A DNA stretch of 32,000 nt, taken from Methylorubrum extorquens (GTDB taxonomy: Bacteria; Pseudomonadota; Alphaproteobacteria; Rhizobiales; Beijerinckiaceae). A program made the position numbers and the translations under genes. Location of the stretch: positions 3,930,001 through 3,962,000 of the forward strand of contig LT962688.1 of assembly GCA_900234795.1 (NCBI GenBank). The letters run 5' to 3'. Position 1 is the stretch's first letter, and every line of letters starts with the position of its first letter. Positions 1 through 8,529 of the stretch are shown here, piece after piece. The notes under the pieces were generated by a model. That model was not told the origin of the DNA. It was given only the letters and a program-made list of their open reading frames with translations, and searched no databases.

Positions 1-711
1 GGAGACCGACTGCATCTGCTCGTCGTGGTGATGGTGGTGGCCCTCCTCCAGGAAGTCGGGCTCCACGTCGAGGATGCGCGCGAGGTCGAAGGCGTTGCGG
101 TCGAGTACCTGATCGAGCGGGATCGCGCAGCGCTCGGTGCGATGGATCTTGGCCCAGGGGTTGATCGCGCGGATCTGGCCCTCGACCCGGTCGAGGTCTG
201 CCCCTGAGACGAGGTCGGACTTGTTGAGCAGGATCACGTCGGCGAAGGCGATCTGGTTCTTGGCCTCGGGCGCGTCGGCGAGCCGGTCGGTGAGCCACTT
301 GGCGTCGGCCACCGTCACCACCGCGTCGAGCCGGGCGGCCTCGCCGACATCCTGATCGACGAAGAAGGTCTGGGCCACGGGGGCCGGGTCGGCGAGCCCG
401 GTGGTCTCGACGATGATCGCGTCGAACTTGCCGCGGCGCTTCACCAGCCCGTCCATGATGCGGATCAGGTCGCCGCGCACGGTGCAGCAGACGCAGCCGT
501 TGTTCATCTCGAACACTTCCTCGTCGGCCCCGACCACGAGGTCGTTGTCGATGCCGATCTCGCCGAACTCGTTGACGATCACGGCGTAGCGCTTGCCGTG
601 CTGTTCGGTGAGGATGCGGTTGAGCAGCGTCGTCTTACCGGCCCCGAGATAGCCGGTGAGCACGGTCACCGGGATTTTCTGGGAGGCGGCGAGGGGGGAA
701 GCATCGGACAT
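1..711 (-). CDS. CobW/COG0523-family metallochaperone GTPase (N-terminal 237 codons; the C-terminus lies beyond the window start)
   Basis: Absent from the ORF track because it runs off the window. My reverse-strand translation from the ATG at 711 reads [113 protein letters not shown]. It shows Walker A GAGKTT, a CxCC metal motif, ETTG and NKSD motifs, and a His5 run, all typical of this family. Confidence 0.9.
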   Translation of the reverse strand, partial: MSDASPLAASQKIPVTVLTGYLGAGKTTLLNRILTEQHGKRYAVIVNEFGEIGIDNDLVVGADEEVFEMNNGCVCCTVRGDLIRIMDGLVKRRGKFDAIIVETTGLADPAPVAQTFFVDQDVGEAARLDAVVTVADAKWLTDRLADAPEAKNQIAFADVILLNKSDLVSGADLDRVEGQIRAINPWAKIHRTERCAIPLDQVLDRNAFDLARILDVEPDFLEEGHHHHHDEQMQSVS

Positions 712-751
712 GGAAGGCCTGGGTCGATTGCGCGGTGACGGAACGTCAGGC

Positions 752-766
752 TGTTATATTGTATCA
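752..766 (-). promoter_or_regulatory. Candidate Zur box upstream of the CobW-type GTPase
   Basis: TGTTATATTGTATCA lies about 41 nt upstream of the ATG at 711. It matches 12 of the 14 defined positions of the enterobacterial Zur core TGTTATAnTATAACA as I recall it. It is an isolated AT-rich 15-mer in GC-rich DNA. Confidence 0.4.
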
Positions 767-810
767 ACGGGCGTCCATGAAAGACCGCTCCGTTGCAACG
801 CTGCTTCTTG

Positions 811-1398
811 TCAGGCTCCGCCGTTCGTACGGACCGGCCGCAGCCCCTCGCTGAGGGCCGCCAGCGTCCGCCCGAACCCCTCCGTCCCGGCAAGGAACCG
901 CTCCAGCAGCAGCGAACCCTCCAGCGTCGCCACGATCATCCGGGCATGGGCCTGCGGGTCGAGGCCGGCGCGGACGCTGCCGGAGATCTGACCCTCCTCG
1001 ATCACGCCGGCGAGCCAGGCGATGTGCTTCTCGAAGAAGGCGGTGATGGCGCGGCGCAGGGCCTCGGGCAGCGTCTCCAGCTCGACCGCGAGCGCCGCGC
1101 ACAGGCAGCCGAGCCCGCGCTCGACCCCGCCGAGATAGAGCCGGCCATAGGCCTCGATCCGGGCGACCCCGTCGGCGGTCTGGCCGGAGATGTCGTCGAG
1201 CGCCGCGTCGTAGCGCGCGTCGTAGGCCTCGATCAGCGCCTGGGCGAGCGCTTCCTTGGTGCGGAAATGGTGGTGGATGCTCGCCTTGCGGATGCCGACC
1301 GCTTCGGCGAGGTCGGCGTAGCTGAATCCGGAATAGCCCCGGCCGCGCACCAAAATCTCGGCCTCGCTGAGGAGCGATGCGCGCGTGTCTCTCATCAT
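811..1398 (-). CDS. TetR/AcrR-family transcriptional regulator
   Basis: 195-aa ORF. The N-terminal HTH region SLLSEAEILVRGRGYSGFSYADLAEAVGIRKASIHHHFRTKEAL is a classic TetR signature. The gene is divergent from the MBL gene at 1578. Confidence 0.9.
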   Translation of the reverse strand: MMRDTRASLLSEAEILVRGRGYSGFSYADLAEAVGIRKASIHHHFRTKEALAQALIEAYDARYDAALDDISGQTADGVARIEAYGRLYLGGVERGLGCLCAALAVELETLPEALRRAITAFFEKHIAWLAGVIEEGQISGSVRAGLDPQAHARMIVATLEGSLLLERFLAGTEGFGRTLAALSEGLRPVRTNGGA

Positions 1399-1476
1399 CC
1401 ATCCGTTCGTATCGGGCCGATCACGTGCTCGCGACGGCTCCGCCCGTTCGCGATGGTGGCACTTGACGGCTCAAAA

Positions 1477-1510
1477 ATCTACCTACTAGATGGGTTGCAC
1501 TATATCGATA
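1477..1510. promoter_or_regulatory. Small palindromes in the divergent TetR/MBL intergenic region (possible TetR operator)
   Basis: ATCTA-N5-TAGAT at 1477-1491 and the perfect 8-bp palindrome TATCGATA at 1503-1510 lie in the only AT-rich patch of the 179-bp divergent intergenic region. No consensus is known to me. Confidence 0.25.
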
Positions 1511-1577
1511 AATTCACCGGGAGGAAGCGGTCGATGGCGGCACGGATGTGCCCAGGTGACGAGGCCGGCGGAGGCGG

Positions 1578-2513
1578 GTGTTGAGCGCCCCCGTCACACG
1601 TCGCGCGGCTCTGTTCGGCGGGTTCTGCCTGTGCTGCCTGCCGCGGGCGGGCTTTGCCGTCGATGCCATGACGATGGAGGAGGTCGCACCCGGCACCTTC
1701 ATCCGGCGCGGGCCCGATGCCGAGGCGACGCCGGAGAACGCCGACGGTATCGCCAATATCGGTTTCATCATCGGGCGGGACGGGGTGCTCGTCACCGAAT
1801 CCGGCGGCAGCCTCGCCGACGGGCAGTGGCTGCGCCGGGAGATCGCCCGGCGCACCGACAAGCCGGTCCGCTACGTGATGCTCACCCACGTGCATCCCGA
1901 TCATGTCTTCGGCGCTGCCGCCTTCCGCGGCGACAACCCGACCTTCGTCGGACATGCCGGTCTGCGCGGCGCCCTCGATGCGCGGGGCGCGTTCTACCGC
2001 CAGCGGCTCGCCGAGATCCTCGGCGAGGAGAAGGCGGGAGAAGTGGTCTACCCGACGATGGAGGTGAAGGGGGTCGCCGAGATCGATCTCGGCGACCGCA
2101 CCCTCCGGCTCACCGCCCACGGCAACGCGCATACGGCTTGCGACCTGTCGATGCTCGACACCGGCAGTGGGCTGCTGTTCCCGGCCGACCTGCTCTTCGT
2201 CGGGCGAATCCCCTCGCTCGACGGCAGCCTGCTCGGCTGGTTCAAGGAGATCGAGCGGCTGAAGGCGGTGGGCGCCACCGACGCCGTGCCGGGCCACGGC
2301 CCGACGCGGGTGGCGTTCGCGCCGGCGATGGCCGACCTCGCGCGTTATCTCTCGGCACTGCGCGACGAAACCCGCAAGGCGGTGGCGTCCAGCGTGCCGA
2401 TCGAGACCGCGGCTCGGACCGTTGCGCTGGGGGAGAAAGACCATTGGGCGCTGTTCGACACCTATAACGGCCGCAACGTCACCCAGGCCTACCAAGAACT
2501 CGAGTGGGAATAA
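1578..2513 (+). CDS. Metallo-beta-lactamase-fold zinc hydrolase, exported (Tat-like signal); quinoprotein-relay-type
   Basis: 311-aa ORF with a GTG start preceded by GGAGG. The N-terminus VTRRAALFGGFCLCCLPRAGFA is twin-arginine-like. The HxHxDH motif HVHPDH is at nt 1887-1904, with later conserved His residues (TAHGNAH, VPGHGP). Confidence 0.85.
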   Translation: MLSAPVTRRAALFGGFCLCCLPRAGFAVDAMTMEEVAPGTFIRRGPDAEATPENADGIANIGFIIGRDGVLVTESGGSLADGQWLRREIARRTDKPVRYVMLTHVHPDHVFGAAAFRGDNPTFVGHAGLRGALDARGAFYRQRLAEILGEEKAGEVVYPTMEVKGVAEIDLGDRTLRLTAHGNAHTACDLSMLDTGSGLLFPADLLFVGRIPSLDGSLLGWFKEIERLKAVGATDAVPGHGPTRVAFAPAMADLARYLSALRDETRKAVASSVPIETAARTVALGEKDHWALFDTYNGRNVTQAYQELEWE

Positions 2514-2554
2514 GTTCGCCCCCGTCTCGGGGGCTTCCGGGAAGGAAATGCGCC

Positions 2555-3370
2555 ATGAAACGCCTGATGCTTGCCCTCAGCCTGACGCTCTCCGCAGCGG
2601 CGCTCGCGCCCGCTCCGGTGCTGGCCGGCGCCACCGACACCGACGAGGAGCGCGCAGCCCGCTGGACCGAGATCAAGACGTCGATCTTCGGTGACCGGAA
2701 AGTCGAGGCCAGCGAGAGCGCCGTGACCATCGACGCGCCCGCCCGCGCCCTCGACGCCGCCCTGGTGCCGATCGGCCTGACGCTCGCCAACAAGGACAGC
2801 GTGAAGGGCCTCTACTTCATCATCGACGACAACCCGTCGCCCTACGCGGCGCACTTCACCTTCGGCCCGGCCGCGGACCCGGGCGAGATCAAGATGCGGG
2901 TGCGGGTGAACAACTACACCAACGTCCACGCGGTGGTGGAAACCAAGGACGGGCGGCTCCTCGAATCGGCCAAGTTCGTCAAAGCCTCCGGCGGCTGCTC
3001 GGCGCCGATGGGCATGAGCGACGAGGAGGCGATGAAGGGCATGGGCGAGATGCGCATGAAGTTCGTCGGCGACGTCCAGCCCGGCAAGCCGGCCGAGGCG
3101 ACGCTGATGGTGCGCCACCCGAACTTCTCGGGGATGCAGATGAACCAGCTCACCCGCGACTACACCCCGGCCCGCTACATCCAGAAGCTCGACGTGACCT
3201 ACGGCGACAAACTCGTGTTCAGCCTCGACGGCGACATCTCCATCGCCTCGAACCCGGTCATCAACTTCGCCTTCAAGCCCGAGGGGCAGGGTGCGCTCAA
3301 GGTCACGGCTGCGGACAACCAAGAGGGGCGCTGGGCGCAGTCCTTCCCGGTTCCGTCCGCGAGCAACTGA
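2555..3370 (+). CDS. SoxY-SoxZ fusion-like sulfur or thiol carrier protein, exported
   Basis: Internal ATG at 2555 with GGAAGGA upstream. The signal peptide is MKRLMLALSLTLSAAALAPAPVLA. The SoxY-type carrier motif KASGGCS has its Cys codon at 2996-2998. The C-terminal half is SoxZ-like (MVRHPNFSGMQMNQ). Confidence 0.8.
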   Translation: MKRLMLALSLTLSAAALAPAPVLAGATDTDEERAARWTEIKTSIFGDRKVEASESAVTIDAPARALDAALVPIGLTLANKDSVKGLYFIIDDNPSPYAAHFTFGPAADPGEIKMRVRVNNYTNVHAVVETKDGRLLESAKFVKASGGCSAPMGMSDEEAMKGMGEMRMKFVGDVQPGKPAEATLMVRHPNFSGMQMNQLTRDYTPARYIQKLDVTYGDKLVFSLDGDISIASNPVINFAFKPEGQGALKVTAADNQEGRWAQSFPVPSASN

Positions 3371-3387
3371 CGCCGATGGGGAGAAGC

Positions 3388-3975
3388 ATGCGGGTGATCG
3401 CGAGACATGCGGCGTTCGCCGCCCTCGGCTTGATGCTGGGCGCGGCCGGTCCGGCCGACTCGCCGGTCAACGTGCCGGAGCCGGAGGGGCTCTATACCGG
3501 ACCGCCGAAGGGCTACACCCCGGCGACGCTCAAGGGGGCGACGGTCATCGACCTCAAGGGGCTCGAAAAGCTTCTCCCGGAGGGGCCGGTCCTCATCGAT
3601 GTGGTGCTGGCCGACCGCCGGCCCGAGGGCCTGCCCGCCGACCGGCCCTGGCTGCCGACGCACCGCTCGCTTCCCGGCGCGGTCTGGATGCCGGGCGCGG
3701 GCGGCGCACCGCTGGCGCCGGAGAAGGAGGAGGCCTTCCTGCGGCGGGTCGCCGAGCTGACCGGCGGCGACCGGGCCAAGCCCGTCGTGACCTTCTGCCG
3801 GCCGGAATGCTGGGGGAGCTGGAACGCCGGCAAGCGGCTGGTGGCGGCCGGCTACAGCCGCGTCCACTGGTTCCCCCCCGGCGTCGAGGGTTGGCAGGAC
3901 GATCACGACACCGCCGTCGCCAAGCCCGATCCGGCCTGGACGCACGCGGACAGCGCGCGCGCGCCCCAGCGCTGA
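3388..3975 (+). CDS. Rhodanese-like exported protein with a CRPECW (CX3CW) motif
   Basis: The ATG at 3388 has GGAGA upstream; an alternative ATG is at 3376. The signal peptide is MRVIARHAAFAALGLMLGAAGPA. The motif TFCRPECWGSWNAGKRL at nt 3796-3813 resembles the family named PQQ-dependent catabolism-associated CXXCW motif protein. Confidence 0.7.
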   Translation: MRVIARHAAFAALGLMLGAAGPADSPVNVPEPEGLYTGPPKGYTPATLKGATVIDLKGLEKLLPEGPVLIDVVLADRRPEGLPADRPWLPTHRSLPGAVWMPGAGGAPLAPEKEEAFLRRVAELTGGDRAKPVVTFCRPECWGSWNAGKRLVAAGYSRVHWFPPGVEGWQDDHDTAVAKPDPAWTHADSARAPQR

Positions 3976-4005
3976 GCATGTGAACGAGATGCCGGGAGGA
4001 CACCG

Positions 4006-4401
4006 ATGACGAACCGCCGGCACGTTCTCGTCCTCGCGGCGGCCCTCCTGGCCGGCGGTCGGCCCGGCGCCGGACAGGCCGCCGATTCCACCGCCTACGA
4101 CCAGAGCGCCTTCGAGGCGGCGCAGGCGGCGGGGCGGCCGATCCTCGTGCAGATCTCCGCGCCGTGGTGCCCGATCTGCCGCGCGCAGAAGCCGATCCTG
4201 GCCGCGCTCTCCGCCGACCCGCGCTTCAAGACGCTTGCCGTCTTCACGATCGACTTCGACGCTCAGCGCGACCTCGTGCGCCGGTTCGGGGCGCAGATGC
4301 AGAGCACGCTCATCGTCTACAAGGGCGGCACCGAGGTTGCCCGCTCGGTCGGCGAGACCCAGCCCGAATGGATCGAACAGCTCCTCGAAAAAGCGCTCTG
4401 A
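4006..4401 (+). CDS. Thioredoxin-family protein, exported (WCPIC active site)
   Basis: 131-aa ORF with GGGAGGA as ribosome-binding site. The N-terminus MTNRRHVLVLAAALLAGG is signal- or Tat-like. It has a WCPIC motif and a thioredoxin fold pattern. Confidence 0.85.
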   Translation: MTNRRHVLVLAAALLAGGRPGAGQAADSTAYDQSAFEAAQAAGRPILVQISAPWCPICRAQKPILAALSADPRFKTLAVFTIDFDAQRDLVRRFGAQMQSTLIVYKGGTEVARSVGETQPEWIEQLLEKAL

Positions 4402-4827
4402 CACGTTTTCGCCATGATTCGGCCAAGTGTGCTCAGGAGTCTAAATTTCCAGCAATCTCAATCGCCTCGATCTTCAGGCTATACCATTGACACCGGCTGA
4501 GATGTGGCGGAAAAACGGCAAGCCCGGAGGCGGCCTGAAGTCTAGGGAGGAAACGCCCGAAAAGGGCGAGCAGGGCGACCGAAGCGCATTTCACGTTGAT
4601 GTCCGGCCGCCGCTTTCGGCGGCCGTCGCGTGACGGCGCCGGAACGCCGCAGGAGAAGGCAGGCCCCTCCGGGCGATCCTTTTCGTCGTGACACTTCGCA
4701 TCCGATCCACCGGAACCGACCCAATGACCTCCTGCGGGGCGGCGCGAACGGGCTTATAGAGGCGTTCCGCACGCCGCGCCCGATCCGACGGGCGCCCCCG
4801 GGAACGCCAGACTCCGGATCACGAGCC

Positions 4828-5652
4828 ATGTCGCAGGTCGTTCAAACGCGTCGTCTCCAGGCGGTCGATCTGATCAAGCGCAAGGCCGAGGGGCGCAAGA
4901 TCATTTCGCTCACCGCCTATCACGCCCACACCGCGGGCATCGTCGATGCCTATTGCGACTTCGTGCTGGTGGGTGATTCCCTCGGCATGGTCATGCACGG
5001 CATGGAATCGACCCTGCCGGTGACCCTGGAGATGATGATCCTCCAGGCCCAGGCCGTGATGCGCGGCACCTCCCGTGCCCTGGTCGTGGTCGACATGCCG
5101 TTCGGCTCCTACGAGGCGAGCCGCGAGCAGGCCTTCCTCAACGCCGCCCGCGTCCTCAAGGAGACGGGGGCCGGGGCGATCAAGCTGGAGGGCGGGGCGC
5201 GCTTTGCCGAGACGGTCGCGTTCCTGACCGAGCGGGGCGTGCCGGTGATGGGCCATATCGGCCTCACCCCCCAATCGGTGAACACGATGGGCGGCTTCAA
5301 GGTGCAGGGGCACGGGGCCGGCGACGAGGACCGCCTGCGGGCCGATGCCCGCGCGATCAGCGATGCGGGCGCCTTCGCCATCGTGCTGGAGGGCATCGTC
5401 GAGCCGGTGGCGCGGGCCATCGCCACCGACCCCGCGATCCGCGCAGCGACCATCGGCATCGGTGCGACCGCCGCCTGCGACGGGCAGATCCTCGTGCTCG
5501 AAGACATGCTGGGCCTGAGCGATCGGGTGCCGCGCTTCGTCAAGAGCTACGGCTCGCTGCGCGCCCATATCGAGGAGGCCGTGCGCGCCTATGCCGACGA
5601 GGTGCAGGCGGGCCGCTTCCCGGCCGAGGGGCACACCTACCCGCCGCGGTGA
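4828..5652 (+). CDS. panB: 3-methyl-2-oxobutanoate hydroxymethyltransferase
   Basis: From the internal ATG at 4828 the product reads [58 protein letters not shown]...VKLEGG...HIGLTPQS, which is the PanB pattern. The upstream 66 codons of the track ORF look non-coding. Confidence 0.95.
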
Positions 5653-5716
5653 GTGGGTCGTACGGTCCGTGGCTTGACGAAACGCCCCCCATCGGGCATT
5701 GACCGCGCCGGAATTC

Positions 5717-5746
5717 GGCCGGGGCTTCCCGGCCTTTTGCGTTTCG
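5717..5746 (+). terminator. Intrinsic terminator-like hairpin after panB
   Basis: The stem is GGCCGG-ggcttc-CCGGCC and is followed by TTTTGCGTTTCG. Confidence 0.5.
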
Positions 5747-5805
5747 CCCGCGCTGGCGCCGCCACCAGCGAATCGCCCCTCGACCCGCTTTAGGAGCGCC
5801 ACGCC

Positions 5806-5973
5806 ATGGCCAAGGCCGTTACCGTCAAGATCCGCCTCGTCTCGACCGCCGACACGGGCTACTTCTACGTCACGAAGAAGAACTCCCGCACGCAGACCGA
5901 GAAGATGGTCATGAAGAAGTATGACCCGGTCGCGCGCAAGCACGTCGAGTTCAAGGAAGCCAAGATCAAGTAA
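5806..5973 (+). CDS. rpmG: 50S ribosomal protein L33
   Basis: 55 aa, below the ORF-track size cut-off. My translation is [61 protein letters not shown] serves as ribosome-binding site at 5791-5796. It is the Cys-less form. Confidence 0.95.
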   Translation: MAKAVTVKIRLVSTADTGYFYVTKKNSRTQTEKMVMKKYDPVARKHVEFKEAKIK

Positions 5974-6076
5974 GGCGGTCTCGCCAAGCTCCCGGACGCC
6001 GACCGCCTTCGGGCCGCGTCGGTGCAACCGGGGGCGCGACACGAATCGTCCGCTTCCTTGGAAGCGATGCGGCAGG

Positions 6077-6103
6077 GCCGCTCCGGCATCGGGGCGGCTT
6101 TTT
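6077..6103 (+). terminator. Intrinsic terminator downstream of rpmG
   Basis: 9-bp stem GCCGCTCCG / CGGGGCGGC (one G-U pair) with loop GCAT, followed by TTTTT. Confidence 0.7.
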
Positions 6104-6213
6104 CGCATTCCGGCGCCGCTTCATTCCGGCCTCGCCGCATCCTCACGGATTGCCGACGAAGCGGGGCGGCGCGGCGTAACGCTCGCGCAAGCGATCGCGT
6201 CTAGGGTCGGCGC

Positions 6214-6396
6214 ATGAACGCCTTGCCCAGCTGCCTCGCTCCGGCCGGTATCGGCCTCACCATCGCCTCGGCCGCCACCGTCCTGGAACGGTCCGGCTAC
6301 GCGCATTCAGCCGAGATCACCTTGGGGGCCGCCCTGGTGGCGACCGCGCTCGTGGTGTTGATGCGCGCAGCCCCGACGTGGTTCCGGGTGAGCTGA
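6214..6396 (+). CDS. Small hydrophobic protein (two predicted TM segments), hypothetical
   Basis: 60-aa ORF with strongly GC-biased third codon positions. It has two hydrophobic stretches (GIGLTIASAATVL and ITLGAALVATALVVLM). I recognise no homology. Confidence 0.4.
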   Translation: MNALPSCLAPAGIGLTIASAATVLERSGYAHSAEITLGAALVATALVVLMRAAPTWFRVS

Positions 6397-6428
6397 CGTT
6401 TTCGCCAGGACGCTGCGGGTCGTGGGAC

Positions 6429-6950
6429 TCAGGCGCGGTCGAGCCGGGCCGTCAGCATCCGCACCTTGAGGCGGGGCGAGAACGGCAGGCCCGCGAGCAC
6501 CCGCTCCCGCCGCACCACATCGCCCGCCCGCAATCCGCGCGCGCCGACGACGCCCTCCCCTCGCGCGACGATCCGAGCCGGTAGCGCACTGTGCGCCCGC
6601 CGCATCCGGCCGAGCGCCATGTCCGGCCGCGCCGTGCCGACGAAGCGGTCGAGGCTGCGGATCCAGCCCTCCGCCGGGATGTCGCCGGGCTCCAGGCACA
6701 GCAACCACTCGCGCCGCGCCACCCGCGCGCCCGCGCCCCATGGGTTGGCGCCGGGCGGGCGCACCACCAGGGTCGCGCCGCTCCCCTCGGCCACCGTCTC
6801 CAGCGCGGGGCAGGCCTGAGCCGTCACGATCACCGCATCGCCCACGAGCCCGGCCGCCACGCCCGCGACGAGTGCGCTCAGCGTGTCGGCGAGGCACTCG
6901 ATCGCAGCGGGGTCGGCGGATCGCGCCACGTGGATGAGGCCGGAGATCAT
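6429..6950 (-). CDS. Conserved hypothetical protein (function unknown)
   Basis: Called from MISGLIHVARSAD within the 320-aa track ORF; the region upstream of 6950 looks non-coding. GC3 is high in the called part. The start is uncertain. Confidence 0.45.
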   Translation of the reverse strand: MISGLIHVARSADPAAIECLADTLSALVAGVAAGLVGDAVIVTAQACPALETVAEGSGATLVVRPPGANPWGAGARVARREWLLCLEPGDIPAEGWIRSLDRFVGTARPDMALGRMRRAHSALPARIVARGEGVVGARGLRAGDVVRRERVLAGLPFSPRLKVRMLTARLDRA

Positions 6951-7083
6951 GCGGGGGCGAATACCCGATTTTCCGTCCTGGCAAAGCACTCCTTGCGCTG
7001 TCCCGGCCTTCGACGGCCCCGGAGGACGGACAAAGCCCGCACCTGCACGAAACTTGTGCATCCCCGCTTTCCATGTTCGCTCT

Positions 7084-8253
7084 ATGTTCTTAAGACGAAC
7101 GCGAGCGTGGCAGACGGTGGGGCTCGGGGTGGGGAACGGACAGACGCCGCTTCGGGGTAAACCGGGCGGCTTCTCACACGACGGCTCCCGGGTCGCGCCG
7201 GAGGCGCGGCGCGGTCGCGGGGCGACTGCCAACCCGGAGGGGCGCTTCGAGGCGACCCGGCACGAGACCTTCGACGATGGCTGGCCGGAAGAGGCGGAGC
7301 GTGTCCGGCGCACGGAGGTGACGCCGGAACGCGCCCGCCACATCATCACCCGCAACGCCTCGCCGGACATCTCGTTCGACCGGTCGATCAATCCGTATCG
7401 CGGCTGCGAGCACGGCTGCGTCTACTGCTTCGCCCGGCCGAACCACGGCTATGTCGGGCTCTCGCCGGGGCTCGATTTTGAGACGCGGCTGTTTTCCAAA
7501 CCCGATGCGGCGGCCCTGCTGGAGCGCGAGCTGTCGGCGCCGGGCTACCAGCCGGGGACCATCGCGCTCGGCACCGCGACCGACCCCTACCAGCCGATCG
7601 AGCGCACGCACGGCATCACTCGCGCCGTGCTGGAGGTGCTGGCCCGCTTCCGCCATCCCGTCGGCATCGTCACGAAGTCGAACCTGATCCTGCGCGACCG
7701 CGATCTCCTCGCCGCGATGGCGGCGCAGAACCTCGTGAAGGTGGCGATCTCCGTGACCACTCTCGACCCGGATCTCGCCCGTCGCATGGAGCCGCGCGCG
7801 CCGCATCCGCGCAAGCGCCTGGAGGCGATCCGCGCTTTGAGCGAGGCGGGCGTGCCGGTGATGGCGATCGCCGCGCCCATCATCCCCTCGCTTAACGATC
7901 ACGAGATCGAAGCGATTCTCGAAGCGGCCCGGACGGCGGGGGCGCGGGAGGCCAACTACGTTCTGCTGCGCCTGCCGCACGAACTCGATGAGCTGGTCGG
8001 CGACTGGTTCTCGGAGCATTATCCGGGGCGCAAGGCGCACGTCTTCTCCCTGCTGAGCGGGGCGCGCGGCGGCAAAACCTACGATGCCGCCTTCGGCACC
8101 CGCATGATCGGCCAGGGCCCCTATGCCGACCTGATCCGCCGCCGCTTCGCCCTGGCCAAGCGCCGCCTCGGCTATCCGGAAGAGCCCGTGCGCCAGACGA
8201 CGGAGCTGTTCCGCCGGCCGGAAAGAGCGGGGGATCAGCTCGCTCTGTTCTAA
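7084..8253 (+). CDS. Radical SAM protein, PA0069-like family
   Basis: The CxxxCxxC cluster is RGCEHGCVYCFA. The N-terminal RGRGATANPEGRFE motif and overall pattern fit this family. The start is set at the ATG at 7084; the first 67 codons of the track ORF overlap the neighbouring gene and look non-coding. Confidence 0.85.
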   Translation: MFLRRTRAWQTVGLGVGNGQTPLRGKPGGFSHDGSRVAPEARRGRGATANPEGRFEATRHETFDDGWPEEAERVRRTEVTPERARHIITRNASPDISFDRSINPYRGCEHGCVYCFARPNHGYVGLSPGLDFETRLFSKPDAAALLERELSAPGYQPGTIALGTATDPYQPIERTHGITRAVLEVLARFRHPVGIVTKSNLILRDRDLLAAMAAQNLVKVAISVTTLDPDLARRMEPRAPHPRKRLEAIRALSEAGVPVMAIAAPIIPSLNDHEIEAILEAARTAGAREANYVLLRLPHELDELVGDWFSEHYPGRKAHVFSLLSGARGGKTYDAAFGTRMIGQGPYADLIRRRFALAKRRLGYPEEPVRQTTELFRRPERAGDQLALF

Positions 8254-8437
8254 AACGCGACTCCGGCCCAACGGCGCGGGCTTTTCCGGGGAACGAAGCG
8301 AGCGTGACGGCCCGGCTATGGCCGTCCCGGCCTGCCCGCTGCGCCGGGGTTCATCCGGGCGCTTGCGGTGCTGTTCGCCCACCGCTCGCGGCGGCATGCG
8401 CGGGGCGATCGCTAGAAGGGATGGATTTCCGATCCGG

Positions 8438-8474
8438 CAAACGAAAAGAAGCGGCGGACCCGAAGGTCCGCCGC
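8438..8474 (-). terminator. Intrinsic terminator of the DUF4142-like gene
   Basis: Perfect 10-bp stem GCGGCGGACC / GGTCCGCCGC with a 4-nt loop. On the minus strand it is followed by TTCTTTTCGTTTG. Confidence 0.75.
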
Positions 8475-8529
8475 TTCCCGACATTCGTATCAGTCTGGTT
8501 CGTACTAGGCCGGGCTGCGATAGGCCGCC

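Noticed and set aside
6883-7391. N-terminal extensions of the radical SAM ORF (from 6883) and of the minus-strand ORF (up to 7391), which would overlap each other by about 500 nt
   Set aside because: The extended parts lack GC3 bias and family-like sequence. Internal starts at 7084 and 6950 give non-overlapping genes of typical length.
3199-8484. Long minus-strand ORFs at 3199-4404 (401 aa), 4819-6108 (429 aa) and 7174-8484 (436 aa)
   Set aside because: Each is antisense to recognisable plus-strand genes (rhodanese-like/thioredoxin, panB/rpmG, radical SAM). Each has low-complexity Arg/Gly/Pro-rich translations, so they are high-GC artefacts.
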